From assembly GCA_951812955.1 (NCBI GenBank), contig OX638340.1, positions 3,424,001-3,488,000 of the forward strand: a stretch of 64,000 bases of DNA. Direction: 5' to 3'. Positions 10,300 through 20,458 of this stretch are shown here, piece after piece (within the stretch, counting starts at the first letter, position 1; each line of letters begins with the position of its first letter). The stretch is from an uncultured Gemmatimonadota bacterium. Its GTDB lineage: Bacteria; JAAXHH01. Below the pieces are notes generated by a model, which did no database searches, was not told the origin of the DNA, and worked only from the letters and a program-made list of their open reading frames with translations. The translations under genes and the position numbers were made by a program.

Positions 10300-11250
10300 C
10301 TATCCACCCAATTCGGACACGAGCCCATCGAGTTGCGTTCGATGTTCGTCGGACAGTTCCCAACCCACTGAGTCGACGTTCTGCTCGACCTGGGCCGGTC
10401 GCGTTGCACCGCACAGGACCGACGTGATGCCGGGCTGCCGGGACGTCCAGTGGATGACGAGCTGGGCGAGGGATTTGCCATATTCATCCGCGATAGACTT
10501 CATTCGGCCGAGCATGTCGAGGGTTCGGGCCAGTTCCTCCCCCTGGAACCTGGGATCGTCGTTGCGTGAGTCGCCTTCCGGAAACCGGTGGCCCCTTCCG
10601 TATTTGCCTGTCAGCAGGCCCTTGTACAGCGGCCAGTAGGAGATCACCCCGATGTTGTTATCGCGGCAGTGGGGGAGAATCTGAGCCTCGATGTCGCGGA
10701 TGAGCATGTTGTAGGGCGGCTGATCCGAGTGCAGCGGCGCATGGCGTGCGAAGTCCTCCATTTGCGCCACGTCGTAATTGCTTACGCCAATCGCCCGGAT
10801 CTTGCCCTGTTCTTTCAGTTCGGCCAGGGTGACTGCCGTTTCCTCAAAGGGTGTGTTCTCGTCCGGCGCGTGCACCTGGTACAGGTCGATGTAGTCCGTA
10901 TTCAGACGTCGCAGACTCTCCTCGACCTGCTCCAGGACGCGTTTCCTGGAGCTGTCGCGCAGCAGCGTGGTGCCGTCCCAGTACAGTCCGCATTTCGTCG
11001 CAAGGACGATCTCGTCCCGTCGGCCTGAGATAGCCCGGCCTACCAGTCGTTCCGATTCGCCGCTGCGCCCGTACATGTAGGCGGTGTCGATGAGGGTTAT
11101 CCCGCCGTCCATGGCGCTTTCCAGCGCAGCCAGGGACGCGTTGTCGTCGATTCCGGTCCATCCGACGCCGGCCATAGGCCAGCAGCCCATGCCGATGACC
11201 GATACCGACAATCCCGATTCACCGAGCGCTCTGTATTCCATATTCGCCAT
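10300..11250 (-). CDS. aldo/keto reductase family oxidoreductase
   Basis: Start trimmed to MANMEYRALGESGLSVSVIGMGCW (ATG at 11250). The track ORF extends 107 codons further upstream, with no homology. Typical AKR motifs. Confidence 0.8.
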   Translation of the reverse strand: MANMEYRALGESGLSVSVIGMGCWPMAGVGWTGIDDNASLAALESAMDGGITLIDTAYMYGRSGESERLVGRAISGRRDEIVLATKCGLYWDGTTLLRDSSRKRVLEQVEESLRRLNTDYIDLYQVHAPDENTPFEETAVTLAELKEQGKIRAIGVSNYDVAQMEDFARHAPLHSDQPPYNMLIRDIEAQILPHCRDNNIGVISYWPLYKGLLTGKYGRGHRFPEGDSRNDDPRFQGEELARTLDMLGRMKSIADEYGKSLAQLVIHWTSRQPGITSVLCGATRPAQVEQNVDSVGWELSDEHRTQLDGLVSELGG

Positions 11251-11586
11251 CCTTTGACGGAAGATCCGGGCACGTTCAGGTCCGTCCGGAGAAGGCCGGC
11301 GGACCGCCCGCGATCGATACGATTTCCAATTGACGAGGTGGGGCGGGAAACATATATTGAATGTAATTACGTGTTCCCGGTACGGTAGAATATACCACGT
11401 AACTTTTAAGCATTCAATCGATATAGACCAGGAAACTGCAGCATAGACCAGGAAACTGCAGTATATACCAGGAATAGGCAGTGACCGGCCTTCGGTTGCG
11501 CTCAATCGGTCGACCAGCCGGCAGTTAACTCCGGTAAATCCGAAAAATCTCATAAATCTCATAAATCCCATGGCAGGGAGGTAGAT

Positions 11587-12234
11587 ATGTTGAAAACCGG
11601 TTTAACCCTGATGGTCGCGATGGTTCTTGCGGCGTCTCCGGCAATGGCGGGTTCTCCGACGGTTACCGGCGATTACGTGGAAGTGCGCTCCAACCACATC
11701 CTGGGCGGCGGCTGCACCTATTCGGCGGAAGCCGGCGGCGATGCCAACCAGGCCGTCGTGGCGTGGCGCGTCCGTGACGGAGCGCTGGCCGATCTGTCCG
11801 TCGTTGCCGTCATTCTCGGGAAAGGCAACCTGCAACTCGGTCACCATGCACGCGAAACCGTGCTGCTGATCGACAGCCGGGCCACGCCGACCCAGCGCCA
11901 GGTCTTGAAGAGCACCTTCACGGCACGCTACGGCGAACTTTTCGGTACGGTGAAGACGGTGAAACCCACCGACATTTCCTTCCGCCACGACGGCGGGGAC
12001 ACCTACGCGGTTTCGGTGGACGGCCAGGTTCGCGTTTCTACCCGGACCATGGTTGCGACCGACCATGAGCCCAACTGCGACCGCATGGTTTGGTACGATC
12101 CCTTCACGAAGGACGCGTCGGCTTCGCTGGTCCAGACCGCGGCCCACGCATACAGCGGATCTGACCTGATCGCCACGTGGAGCATCCCGAACAAGCGCAG
12201 CGCTTACGTGGGAACCTTCTCCTTCACGCCGTAA
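11587..12234 (+). CDS. secreted hypothetical protein (possibly DUF1326-like)
   Basis: GGGAGG RBS. Signal peptide MLKTGLTLMVAMVLAASPAMA. 215 aa. Weak resemblance to DUF1326 C-terminal segments. Confidence 0.4.
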   Translation: MLKTGLTLMVAMVLAASPAMAGSPTVTGDYVEVRSNHILGGGCTYSAEAGGDANQAVVAWRVRDGALADLSVVAVILGKGNLQLGHHARETVLLIDSRATPTQRQVLKSTFTARYGELFGTVKTVKPTDISFRHDGGDTYAVSVDGQVRVSTRTMVATDHEPNCDRMVWYDPFTKDASASLVQTAAHAYSGSDLIATWSIPNKRSAYVGTFSFTP

Positions 12235-12377
12235 ACTGAATCGGCGACCATGAACCAAGATAAGAAGCCGGCGAGGCGGTGTTCGTTCGCCGGCTTCTGT
12301 TATTTATCTACTTAGTCTCTTGATATCTATCTACTTAGTCTAAGGACGGAGAGCAGACCACGGCGCTCGGACTCCTA

Positions 12378-13214
12378 TTGCTGATCACCGCGACCGTCGT
12401 TACGTCGTGCTTCGGCCTGATTCTAAAATCCGCCCACCACAACGGACGAAATGCACTGGCGGTGGGCAGCCTGAATTACGGCGCGGGCGCCGTAATCTCC
12501 GGCCTGCTAATGCTCTTTGACACGGGCTGGGTCTGGCACGGGACCACCATACTGATCGGTGCGGCCAGCGGATTCTTCTATTTCGTAGCCTTCCGATTTC
12601 TGATCCAGGCGCTTCTGCAGGGCGGCGTCGCCGTTACCCTGGCGATCGTTCGCCTGTCCGTCCTGATCCCCATCCTCTGTTCCATCGTAATCTGGTATGA
12701 AGTCCCCAATCTGCCGCAGATTGCGGGAATCATCACGGTTTGCCTCGCACTGCCGCTCCTGACACTCGGCGTGGGCAGGCAGTCCGATCTGTCGCTGCGC
12801 GGCGTCGCCTGGCTGGTCGGAGCCCTCTTCATCACCACGGGATTCTGTCACCTGTCACCGAAGGTATTCAGCGAACTCGCGCCGCAGAGCCAGATGTCGC
12901 TCTACCTATTCTCACTCTTTGCCGTATCCGGATTCATGGGGCTGTGCTACATCTGGTACAAACCGATCCGGGTGCGACTGCCAGAAGTGTGGTGGAGCGG
13001 CATACTGGGCGCGTGCAACGTCGCGGGGACCTGGCTCCTCGTTCTCACGCTCAAGTTCCTCCCCGGTACCGTCGTCTTTCCTTTCGTCAGCGCGGTCGGC
13101 CTTGTCATCACCACGCTCGTGGCTATATTGTACTGGAAAGAACAGGTTCGCAGACTCGCCTACGTCGGCATCGGCCTGACCCTGTTAGCGGTCGTCCTTG
13201 TGAACAGCGGCTGA
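12378..13214 (+). CDS. multi-pass membrane protein (DMT/EamA-like transporter candidate)
   Basis: About 9 hydrophobic helices. No in-frame ATG near the 5' end, so a TTG start at 12378 is assumed. Confidence 0.45.
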   Translation: MLITATVVTSCFGLILKSAHHNGRNALAVGSLNYGAGAVISGLLMLFDTGWVWHGTTILIGAASGFFYFVAFRFLIQALLQGGVAVTLAIVRLSVLIPILCSIVIWYEVPNLPQIAGIITVCLALPLLTLGVGRQSDLSLRGVAWLVGALFITTGFCHLSPKVFSELAPQSQMSLYLFSLFAVSGFMGLCYIWYKPIRVRLPEVWWSGILGACNVAGTWLLVLTLKFLPGTVVFPFVSAVGLVITTLVAILYWKEQVRRLAYVGIGLTLLAVVLVNSG

Positions 13215-13242
13215 GGCAGGCGGCGATCCGTACGACTGACCG

Positions 13243-13350
13243 CGCGTCGGCGGCGAATCCGCGTTGATTACCGAGCGCGTTGGCGGCGAATCCGCGTCGA
13301 TTGGTGAGCGCGTCGGCGGCGAATCCGCGTTGATTTCCGAGCGCGGTCTG
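13243..13350. repeat. 34-36-bp tandem repeat x3 immediately 3' of the membrane-protein gene
   Basis: gcgcgtcggcggcgaatccgcgttgattaccgagc repeated three times with point variants. Confidence 0.75.
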
Positions 13351-13531
13351 CTATATATGTAAAACACAATTTGAATGTTGATTCTTATTTTGATCAATGT
13401 TGACAATATAAAAATCCACGTTTCTAGATAAAGCGGCCACCCGCGTGTTACAACCGCGAGTATCGGGCGCAACTACGCAACACGGAGCGGAAGTACCACT
13501 CCCCCGCGCAGTGCCTTAGAGGTGATATTTC

Positions 13532-15271
13532 GTGATCCTGGACATTGACCGCACAGGCAGGATAGTGGGCATCGGCAGCAACGTCATGGACGTGATCTAT
13601 CGGGTAAACCGAATCGCGGGACCGGAGGAAAAAACCTATATCCTGCCGAATGAACATGGCGCGGTCGTGACCGAGGTAACAGGCGGCGTGACGCTGAACC
13701 ATCTGGCGTGGACGGCCCAGATGGGCGTCCCCGCCGGTCTTTTTGGATTTCAAGGGGACGACCGGTTCGGCGCTATGATCCGGGACGAAATGGACCGCCA
13801 CGGTATCGATCGGTCGGCCGTTCGGGTCCTCGAGGGCCGCGCATCCGGTTTTTCGGTGGTGAACGTGGCCGACGACGCGGACCGGGCAATTTACATGGCC
13901 CGCGCTCTGACGGCGGAGACCTCGGCTGCGGACGTAGAGACGTATTTTGCCGGGTACATTTGTTCCGCCGCGATGGTGACGACGGAAATATCCCAACTCC
14001 CGCTGGACGCCGTTATCGCGGTCCTGCGCATAGCCCGCGAGGCTGGCGTGCCGACCGTGCTGGACGTGGACGTCCCGCCGGAATTCGCCACCGAAGTGGC
14101 CGGACTCGGTTCCGCCGAAGATTTCGAAGAGGCCCTGCGTCTCGCCGACGTCGTGAAACCCGCCAAGGCCGCCGCATCGCAGATAGCAGCAGCCGAGAGT
14201 TCAGAGGAACGGGCCGAGCGTATTTTCAACCGGTACGGCGCCCGGCTGGTGGCCATCACCGAAGGGGCGCAAGGTTCGGTCGTCACCGACGGGAAGCAGA
14301 CGATCCGCACGCCTGCGAAACCCGTGGAAGCCCGGGACACCACCGGCGCGGGAGATGCCTTTCTGGGCGGCCTGATTGCGGGTATATACCACGGATTTGC
14401 GTTACAGGACATCGCATCGCTCGCCAATGCCTGCGGCGCTGTATGTTGCCGCATCCCGGGGGCCTTCCCGCAACTGGGTTCGAGCCGGGACGACGTTATC
14501 AGCCTGTACGAAGGCACTCCGATTCCTGCCGGGACCGCATCGGAATCGGTTGCAGGTCCGGAACCTGGGATCATCCCGGAGTCGGGGATCGTCCCGCAGT
14601 CGGAGATCGTCCCGCAGTCGGGGGTTGTGACCGAAAGCCTTGACGATTCCGGTTCAGCGACCGCGGGTGCAGCCGGCCTGAATGCCGTGCGGCGGACCGC
14701 TGCCGCCCTTTCCGGACTGTATGACGGCATGTCTGACACCTACTTTGACGAAGCCGTCGCGATTATCCGGAAGGCAGAAGCGGCCGGCGGGCGCGTACAC
14801 GTCACCGGTGTGGGGAAGTCCCGGCACATCGGCCACAAGCTGGCGGCCACGCTGCAGAGCACGGGAACGAAGGCGTATTTCCTCGATCCAGTCGACTGCA
14901 ACCACGGAGACAGTGGACAGGTAGCGGAAGGGGACGTGGTCGTCGCCCTGTCTCACAGCGGGGAGACGGAGGAACTGATGGCAGCCGTTGAAACCCTCGC
15001 CGCGATCGGTGCGATACTCATCGCAATCACCGGGCACGCCGCATCCAGTCTGGCCCGTTCGAGTGCGGCGACCCTGCACGTTCCCGTTGACCGCGAAGGC
15101 GGTCCCCTGGGACTCGCGCCGACCGTGAGCACGTCCTGCCAACTCGCCGTGGCCGACGGACTCGCCATGGCCCTGAAGGCCTGCCGTGGGTTTACCCGGG
15201 AAGACTTCGCCCGGTACCATCCCGGCGGGCGTATTGGAAGGCAACTGCGGGACAGTGAAGCCGAAAACTGA
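13532..15271 (+). CDS. fusion protein: PfkB-family sugar kinase (N-terminus) + KpsF/GutQ-like SIS sugar-phosphate isomerase domain (C-terminus)
   Basis: GTG start with AGAGGTGA RBS. PfkB motifs GIGSNVMDV... and DTTGAGDAFLGGLIAG. Linker with in-frame repeats (PESGIVPQSEIVPQSGVV). C-terminal VHVTGVGKSRHIGHKLAATLQSTGTKAYFLDPVDCNHGDSGQV matches SIS domains of arabinose-5-phosphate isomerases. Confidence 0.75.
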   Translation: MILDIDRTGRIVGIGSNVMDVIYRVNRIAGPEEKTYILPNEHGAVVTEVTGGVTLNHLAWTAQMGVPAGLFGFQGDDRFGAMIRDEMDRHGIDRSAVRVLEGRASGFSVVNVADDADRAIYMARALTAETSAADVETYFAGYICSAAMVTTEISQLPLDAVIAVLRIAREAGVPTVLDVDVPPEFATEVAGLGSAEDFEEALRLADVVKPAKAAASQIAAAESSEERAERIFNRYGARLVAITEGAQGSVVTDGKQTIRTPAKPVEARDTTGAGDAFLGGLIAGIYHGFALQDIASLANACGAVCCRIPGAFPQLGSSRDDVISLYEGTPIPAGTASESVAGPEPGIIPESGIVPQSEIVPQSGVVTESLDDSGSATAGAAGLNAVRRTAAALSGLYDGMSDTYFDEAVAIIRKAEAAGGRVHVTGVGKSRHIGHKLAATLQSTGTKAYFLDPVDCNHGDSGQVAEGDVVVALSHSGETEELMAAVETLAAIGAILIAITGHAASSLARSSAATLHVPVDREGGPLGLAPTVSTSCQLAVADGLAMALKACRGFTREDFARYHPGGRIGRQLRDSEAEN

Positions 15272-15290
15272 AGGTTCAGGAAGGAACGCC

Positions 15291-16199
15291 ATGATTGCCG
15301 AAGCACCGAAAGCAAATACCGAAACACCCGAAATAAGACTGATCGCTTTCGATCAGGACGATACGGCCCTGCTGCCCGACGGCAAGCCCTCCTCCGAGGG
15401 TTTGGCCGCCATCGAAGCCGCTCTCGACCAGGGACTGATCGTGAGCTCCGTGAGCGGCCGCAACATAGATCGCAGCGGCGAGCCCTTCAGCGGCGCTCGT
15501 CAGCTGTTCGACCGGCTCTACCTGATCGCCAACAACGGCGGGATCATACTCGGGCCAGCCGAAGGGGGCCGAAGACCGCTGCTGTTCGAAAAGCGCATGT
15601 CTACCGGCGCTTTCCTGGACCTGCTCGACTTCATCGAAGAAAACGGTTTCAATTTCGTATACAGCTGGCTGCGCGTGACGGAGGCCGGTCCCCTGGACAG
15701 CGTAATAGCCGACCGGTATACTCCGTCCATCGCAGCCATAGAGGAGCAGAGCCGCGCCGCCGTCGACCGGGACGACGACCTGCTGGCGAAACTGAGACAG
15801 GGCGCATACCCGCCGCCGCCCAAGATGCTGATTCTTCCAGGCCTGGAACGGCGCGAGGCGGTGCTGTCGGAGTTGAAGGCCCGTTTCGACTCCCGTCTCT
15901 ACCTCGTCAAGACGAATCCGGACCGGATCGAAGCCATGCACGCCGACGTCAACAAGAAGGTCGCCGTGGAGTTCATCGCGCGCGAGCACGGAATATCCCT
16001 CAATAACGTGATGGCAGTCGGGGACGGCGACAACGACCTGCCCATGCTCTTCAACGCGGGCCTGGGGGTGATCATGGAAAACGCCCAGGACGCGGTCAAA
16101 GAAGCGGGCCGGGCGCAAGGTCTGGTCATTGCTCCGCCGAACCACGAGAACGGCTTTGCCTGGGCGGTACGTCGATACGCGTTAAACAACGGCCGTTAA
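15291..16199 (+). CDS. HAD-superfamily (Cof-like, IIB) sugar phosphatase
   Basis: IRLIAFDQDDTALL (motif I), VSSVSGRN (motif II), and C-terminal GDGDNDLPM (motif IV). Start set at ATG 15291 after AGGAAG. Confidence 0.75.
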   Translation: MIAEAPKANTETPEIRLIAFDQDDTALLPDGKPSSEGLAAIEAALDQGLIVSSVSGRNIDRSGEPFSGARQLFDRLYLIANNGGIILGPAEGGRRPLLFEKRMSTGAFLDLLDFIEENGFNFVYSWLRVTEAGPLDSVIADRYTPSIAAIEEQSRAAVDRDDDLLAKLRQGAYPPPPKMLILPGLERREAVLSELKARFDSRLYLVKTNPDRIEAMHADVNKKVAVEFIAREHGISLNNVMAVGDGDNDLPMLFNAGLGVIMENAQDAVKEAGRAQGLVIAPPNHENGFAWAVRRYALNNGR

Positions 16200-16325
16200 G
16201 CGGCGACTGTTGAACCGCGACCGTCGAGCGGTAGCTGATGAGCGGGACGCGTCGATTCGTGTAATAACGACGGACGGTGGCCGGCATACCGGACCGTGCC
16301 CGCGGCTCTAACGGAACTCCTCCCC

Positions 16326-18284
16326 ATGACCACTTCCCTTCTTGATCATCTTAGATCTTCCCTGCTGGTGGCTGATGGCGCGAGCGGAACCATGCTGTAC
16401 GCCCGCGGCGTTCCGATAGAGGTCTGTTTCGACGAGATCAACCAGAGCCGACCCGACCTGATCCGGCGTATCCACGAGGAATACGTGGATGCGGGAGCCG
16501 GTCTGATCGAGGCCAACACCTTCGGGGCCAATGCCCTGTCTCTCTCCAAGTACAACCTCGAGGACCAGGCGGAATCACTGAACGCCCGCGGCGTCGAGAT
16601 CGCCCGGGCGGCGGCAGGATCCCGGGCCTACGTAGCGGGGGCCGTCGGGCCGGCCCGCGGCCTACCCCACCTGGAATACACCGAAGCGGACTACGACAGG
16701 GTCTACCGTGAACAGATCTCGGCCCTGGCCGGCGGCGGTGCGGACGCGATCATCCTGGAGACCTTCCTCCGGCTCAATGAACTGACCGGGGCGCTGGCGG
16801 TCTGCCGCGACGTCTGCGACCTCCCCGTGATCTGCCAACTCGCGGTGGACCAGTCGGGACAGACCGATGACGGGTACGGCGTCGCGAATGCCTTCGATCA
16901 ACTGCGCGCGGCCGGCGCCGACGTGGTGGGGGTGAACTGCCGCAGCGGCCCCAAGGGCCTGCTGGACGCGCTTGCGCCGGTTCCCCTTGAGGATGGGCTC
17001 ATCCTCTCGGCCTTCCCCAACGCAGGCTCCCCGGTATACGTGGACGGACGATTCATCTACGAGGCTACGCCCGAGTACTTCGCAACGAGCGCGCTCCGGC
17101 TGCGCGACCAGGGCGTGCGCCTGATCGGCGGGTGCTGCGGGACCATGCCCGATCACGTCCGGGCCATGGCCCAGGCGCTCGAAGGCAGGGAGATCGTCAC
17201 GCGGAAGAAGGTCGTCCCGGTGGCAGTCCGAGCTCCGGCCAGCAAGGCCAGCACGGCCAGCAAGGCTCCCCCGGCCCGCCCTGACCGCCCTGGCCGACCG
17301 ACTCGTCCTGGCCGTCCCGACCAACCTGGTCAGCCTGACCACACTGACTATCCGCCGCGCAAACCCCCGGCGGCCGAACCGTCGATCGTGGACCTGGTCC
17401 GCAAGCGGGTGACCGTCATCGTTGAGCTCGACCCGCCCCGTGACCTGGACCACGAACCCATCGTAAGGGGCGCCATGGCCCTGAAGGAGGCGGGCGCCGA
17501 CGCCTTGACCATGGCCGACAATTCCCTCGCCGTCACGCGGATCAGCAACATGGCCATGGGACAGATCGTCAAGGAGGAAGCGGGTATCCGGCCGCTGTTG
17601 CACATCACCTGCCGGGACAGGAACCTGGCCAGCCTGCAGTCCCAGGTGCTCGGCCTGCATGCCCTGGGTATCGACCACGTCCTCGCCGTCACGGGCGACC
17701 CCGTCAAATTCGGCGATCAGCCGGGAGCCAGCAACGTCTACGACGTTTCCTCATTCGAACTGATCAGACTAATAAAGCAAATGAACGAGGGAGTGGGTTT
17801 TTCGGGCCGGCCCTTAAACGGCAAAACCGGATTCACCGTCGCGGCGGCCTTCGACCCCAATGGTACCAACCTGGACAGAAGGATCCGGAGGCTGGAACGA
17901 AAAGTCGAGGCAGGCGCCGACCTGATCATGACGCAACCGCTGTTCGACCGACGCCAGGCCAGGGCGCTTTACGAAGCAACCCGCGATGCCGGCGTCCCCA
18001 TACTGCCGGGCGTCATGCCCCTGGTCAGCGAAGGAAACACGGAATTCCTCCACAACGAAGTACCGGGATTCGTGGTGACCGACGACGTTCGTGCGCGCAT
18101 GGCCCGCGCGGGCCGGGGTAGAAAGGCCCGACGGGAGGGCATCGCAATCGCCAGGGAGATCATCGAATCCGTCCTGACCTACTTCAACGGTCTATACCTG
18201 ATCACGCCCTTCAACCGTTATCCCATGACGGTGGAGCTGACGGAATTCGCCCTGCAGGGCGTTGAACGCTCCGAATCCCGATAG
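16326..18284 (+). CDS. bifunctional homocysteine S-methyltransferase / 5,10-methylenetetrahydrofolate reductase (YitJ-like)
   Basis: N-terminal Hcy-binding domain (LVADGASGTMLY...GCCGT). Pro-rich linker (PDRPGRPTRPGRPDQPGQPD). C-terminal MetF-like TIM barrel (VELDPPRD...HITCRDRN...AGADLIMTQPLFD). Confidence 0.8.
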   Translation: MTTSLLDHLRSSLLVADGASGTMLYARGVPIEVCFDEINQSRPDLIRRIHEEYVDAGAGLIEANTFGANALSLSKYNLEDQAESLNARGVEIARAAAGSRAYVAGAVGPARGLPHLEYTEADYDRVYREQISALAGGGADAIILETFLRLNELTGALAVCRDVCDLPVICQLAVDQSGQTDDGYGVANAFDQLRAAGADVVGVNCRSGPKGLLDALAPVPLEDGLILSAFPNAGSPVYVDGRFIYEATPEYFATSALRLRDQGVRLIGGCCGTMPDHVRAMAQALEGREIVTRKKVVPVAVRAPASKASTASKAPPARPDRPGRPTRPGRPDQPGQPDHTDYPPRKPPAAEPSIVDLVRKRVTVIVELDPPRDLDHEPIVRGAMALKEAGADALTMADNSLAVTRISNMAMGQIVKEEAGIRPLLHITCRDRNLASLQSQVLGLHALGIDHVLAVTGDPVKFGDQPGASNVYDVSSFELIRLIKQMNEGVGFSGRPLNGKTGFTVAAAFDPNGTNLDRRIRRLERKVEAGADLIMTQPLFDRRQARALYEATRDAGVPILPGVMPLVSEGNTEFLHNEVPGFVVTDDVRARMARAGRGRKARREGIAIAREIIESVLTYFNGLYLITPFNRYPMTVELTEFALQGVERSESR

Positions 18285-18424
18285 TCAGCCAGCGCTGCCG
18301 GCAAGGCAACCAGCCCGGCCGGACACCGGCGAGTCCGGCAATCAGCGCGTCCGAAAATCGGTGTGTCCGAATACGTGAGCCTGCGCGGCCGGAATTCAGC
18401 GCGTCCCGGATCGCACCGGCGCGG

Positions 18425-20458
18425 TCAGGAAGCCGGCCGATTGCGGTAGTAAAGGTAGGATACGGCGGTGAGGATAGCGCTCAGGGCGAGGAAGCCGATG
18501 ATGCGATACAGCGTGTCCAGCATCATGAGGTCGAAGACGAAGGCTTTCACCACGGTGCATCCGAAGTAGACGATGGCCGCGGCGCGAAGTGCCCGGATAT
18601 CCAGCAAACGCCCGAGGAGCATGACGAGGGTCGCGCCAATCAGCCAAACGCCCGAAACGGCCAGCTGGCGCAAGTTTTCCAATTGATTCAGCGAACCATC
18701 CCCAAGTGTGATGATCCGGTACTGGAAATAGCTCAGGATTTCCACCGTACCCCAGACCAGGAGAAGAAACGACCAGGCCACGTGAAAGATCGAAAACAGC
18801 ACGCGGTCACGCCTCGTTTCGTCGCTCCTCGTTTCCTCGCTCCTCGTTTCGTCGCTCCCTGTTTCCTCGCTCCTCGTTTCATCGCGGCCCTGCAGCATGC
18901 CGGCGCAGACAAGCAGCAGTCCTCCCACCACCCAGTAAGCACCGGTGCGCAACGATAGAATCGGCACATAAGCAGAAACGAGGTTGGACACGATCGTCCC
19001 GCCGTGGAGGAATATCGCTACGAACGAAAGGGCAGCCAGTGCCGTCCCGGCGTGACGGACCGGTCGCGTGCCGTAGTGGACACCAAACCAGAACAACGCG
19101 AAGGCTTCGAGGGCCCAGGCAATGATCACGCCGTAACTGAAGAAAAAGCTTATCGGTGCGAGCACCGCAAGCAGCACGGCTACCGTCGCGTGCTCCGCGG
19201 CCGCGGGCCGGTCATCGGTTCGCCGGACAATCCACGCCGTGAGCCCGAAGTACACCAGCGATAGGACCGCGGTCGCGACACCCCCGGAATAGTCCGCAGC
19301 GTGCTGCTCGTACTGAAACTGGACGCCGAAAAAGTCCCACAGGCCTTCCGTGTGCCACGTAAGGCGCATGAGCATCACGTAGTAGCCCAGTACGTTGATC
19401 GCTATTGCCGCCCGCCGCCACCACCTGTTCCCCGGGTCGCCCGTGACCGAGCGCAAGAGGTTCGTCCCCGCAAACAGCATCCACCAAAGCGTCAAAAAGG
19501 CCAGGGCGGTTCCGAGACCTTCGGGCAGGTCCGCCCGGAACGACCAGGTCAGGTAGATTCCGTAAGTGGCCGCGACAGCCAGCAGTTCGAGCAGCCGCCA
19601 TCTGCGCCGCCTCACCAGGATGGCGATCAGGCCGGCGTCGAGCAGCGTAAGGTATACGAAGAGACCGAGGGTGTTCAGTTCGGCCGTGACGAGGAGGAGG
19701 GGGGTCAGGAATCCGCCGGCCCATCCCAGCAGGGCGATGGCCCGCGCGTCGTAGTACAGGGAAATCAGCAGGGCGGCGGCCGTTACCAGGGTCATGAGGA
19801 AAAAGGCGACGGGCTGCGGCACAAGATGGTAGAAGTCGAAAGCTGCGTAGATCGACAGGTATAGAATCGCCACGCCCGCGCCGGTCAGCCCATGGGAGAA
19901 AACGGACATTTGACGCCGATGGAATCGGTAGCCACCGGCGATCAGCAACATGCCGGCCGCTCCGCCCAGGATCACGCGCGCGGTTTCATTCAACCAGTCG
20001 TTGTCGAAAGCATATTTCAGGAAGAATCCCGCGGCGAGAATGAGCGCCAGGGCGCCCGCACGGTTCAACAGCTTGCCGCCGAAAAGAATCTCCCACTCTT
20101 CTCGGGTGCGTGGCCGCAGCATGTGGGCAACCCGGCCGGGCGTTCGATGCGGTACGGGTTCACTCGCCAGTGCCCCTCCCGCCAGTGCCCCTCCCGCCAG
20201 TGCCCCTCCCGCTAGTGCCCCTCCCGCCGCCGGAGATTCCTCCGTTGTTTCTTCTATCGTTTCTTTTGCCGTTTCCTTCGTGGTCTCTTCCGTTTCTTCT
20301 GTCGTCTCCTCAACTCCCCGTCCGGCTGGCGCCGTACCGGTTGTCCCGGTCTTCCGTCTTATGACCTCCTCGAGTTTCCGGACTCGTCCCGATAGAGACA
20401 GGTACGTCCCGACGAGGAAAAGGATTAGCAAGATGTTGAAAACGATCAGTAGTTCCAT
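18425..20458 (-). CDS. DUF2339-like polytopic membrane protein with in-frame microsatellites
   Basis: 677 aa. N-terminal TM plus coiled coil (RVRKLEEVIRRK). More than 12 TM helices. In-frame repeats TEETEETTKETAKETIEETTEE, GGALAGGALAGGALAGGALA and ETRSEETGSDETRSEETRSDE. Confidence 0.6.
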   Translation of the reverse strand: MELLIVFNILLILFLVGTYLSLSGRVRKLEEVIRRKTGTTGTAPAGRGVEETTEETEETTKETAKETIEETTEESPAAGGALAGGALAGGALAGGALASEPVPHRTPGRVAHMLRPRTREEWEILFGGKLLNRAGALALILAAGFFLKYAFDNDWLNETARVILGGAAGMLLIAGGYRFHRRQMSVFSHGLTGAGVAILYLSIYAAFDFYHLVPQPVAFFLMTLVTAAALLISLYYDARAIALLGWAGGFLTPLLLVTAELNTLGLFVYLTLLDAGLIAILVRRRRWRLLELLAVAATYGIYLTWSFRADLPEGLGTALAFLTLWWMLFAGTNLLRSVTGDPGNRWWRRAAIAINVLGYYVMLMRLTWHTEGLWDFFGVQFQYEQHAADYSGGVATAVLSLVYFGLTAWIVRRTDDRPAAAEHATVAVLLAVLAPISFFFSYGVIIAWALEAFALFWFGVHYGTRPVRHAGTALAALSFVAIFLHGGTIVSNLVSAYVPILSLRTGAYWVVGGLLLVCAGMLQGRDETRSEETGSDETRSEETRSDETRRDRVLFSIFHVAWSFLLLVWGTVEILSYFQYRIITLGDGSLNQLENLRQLAVSGVWLIGATLVMLLGRLLDIRALRAAAIVYFGCTVVKAFVFDLMMLDTLYRIIGFLALSAILTAVSYLYYRNRPAS

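Noticed and set aside
10300-11571. 423-aa version of the aldo/keto reductase ORF
   Set aside because: The N-terminal 107 codons (MGFMRFMRFFGF...) have no AKR homology and cover the divergent promoter region. The internal start MANMEYRALGE gives the canonical family length.
16200-16325. SAM (S-box) riboswitch expected upstream of a yitJ-like gene
   Set aside because: I could not find the conserved S-box helices or kink-turn sequence by eye. An Infernal scan would be needed to confirm absence.
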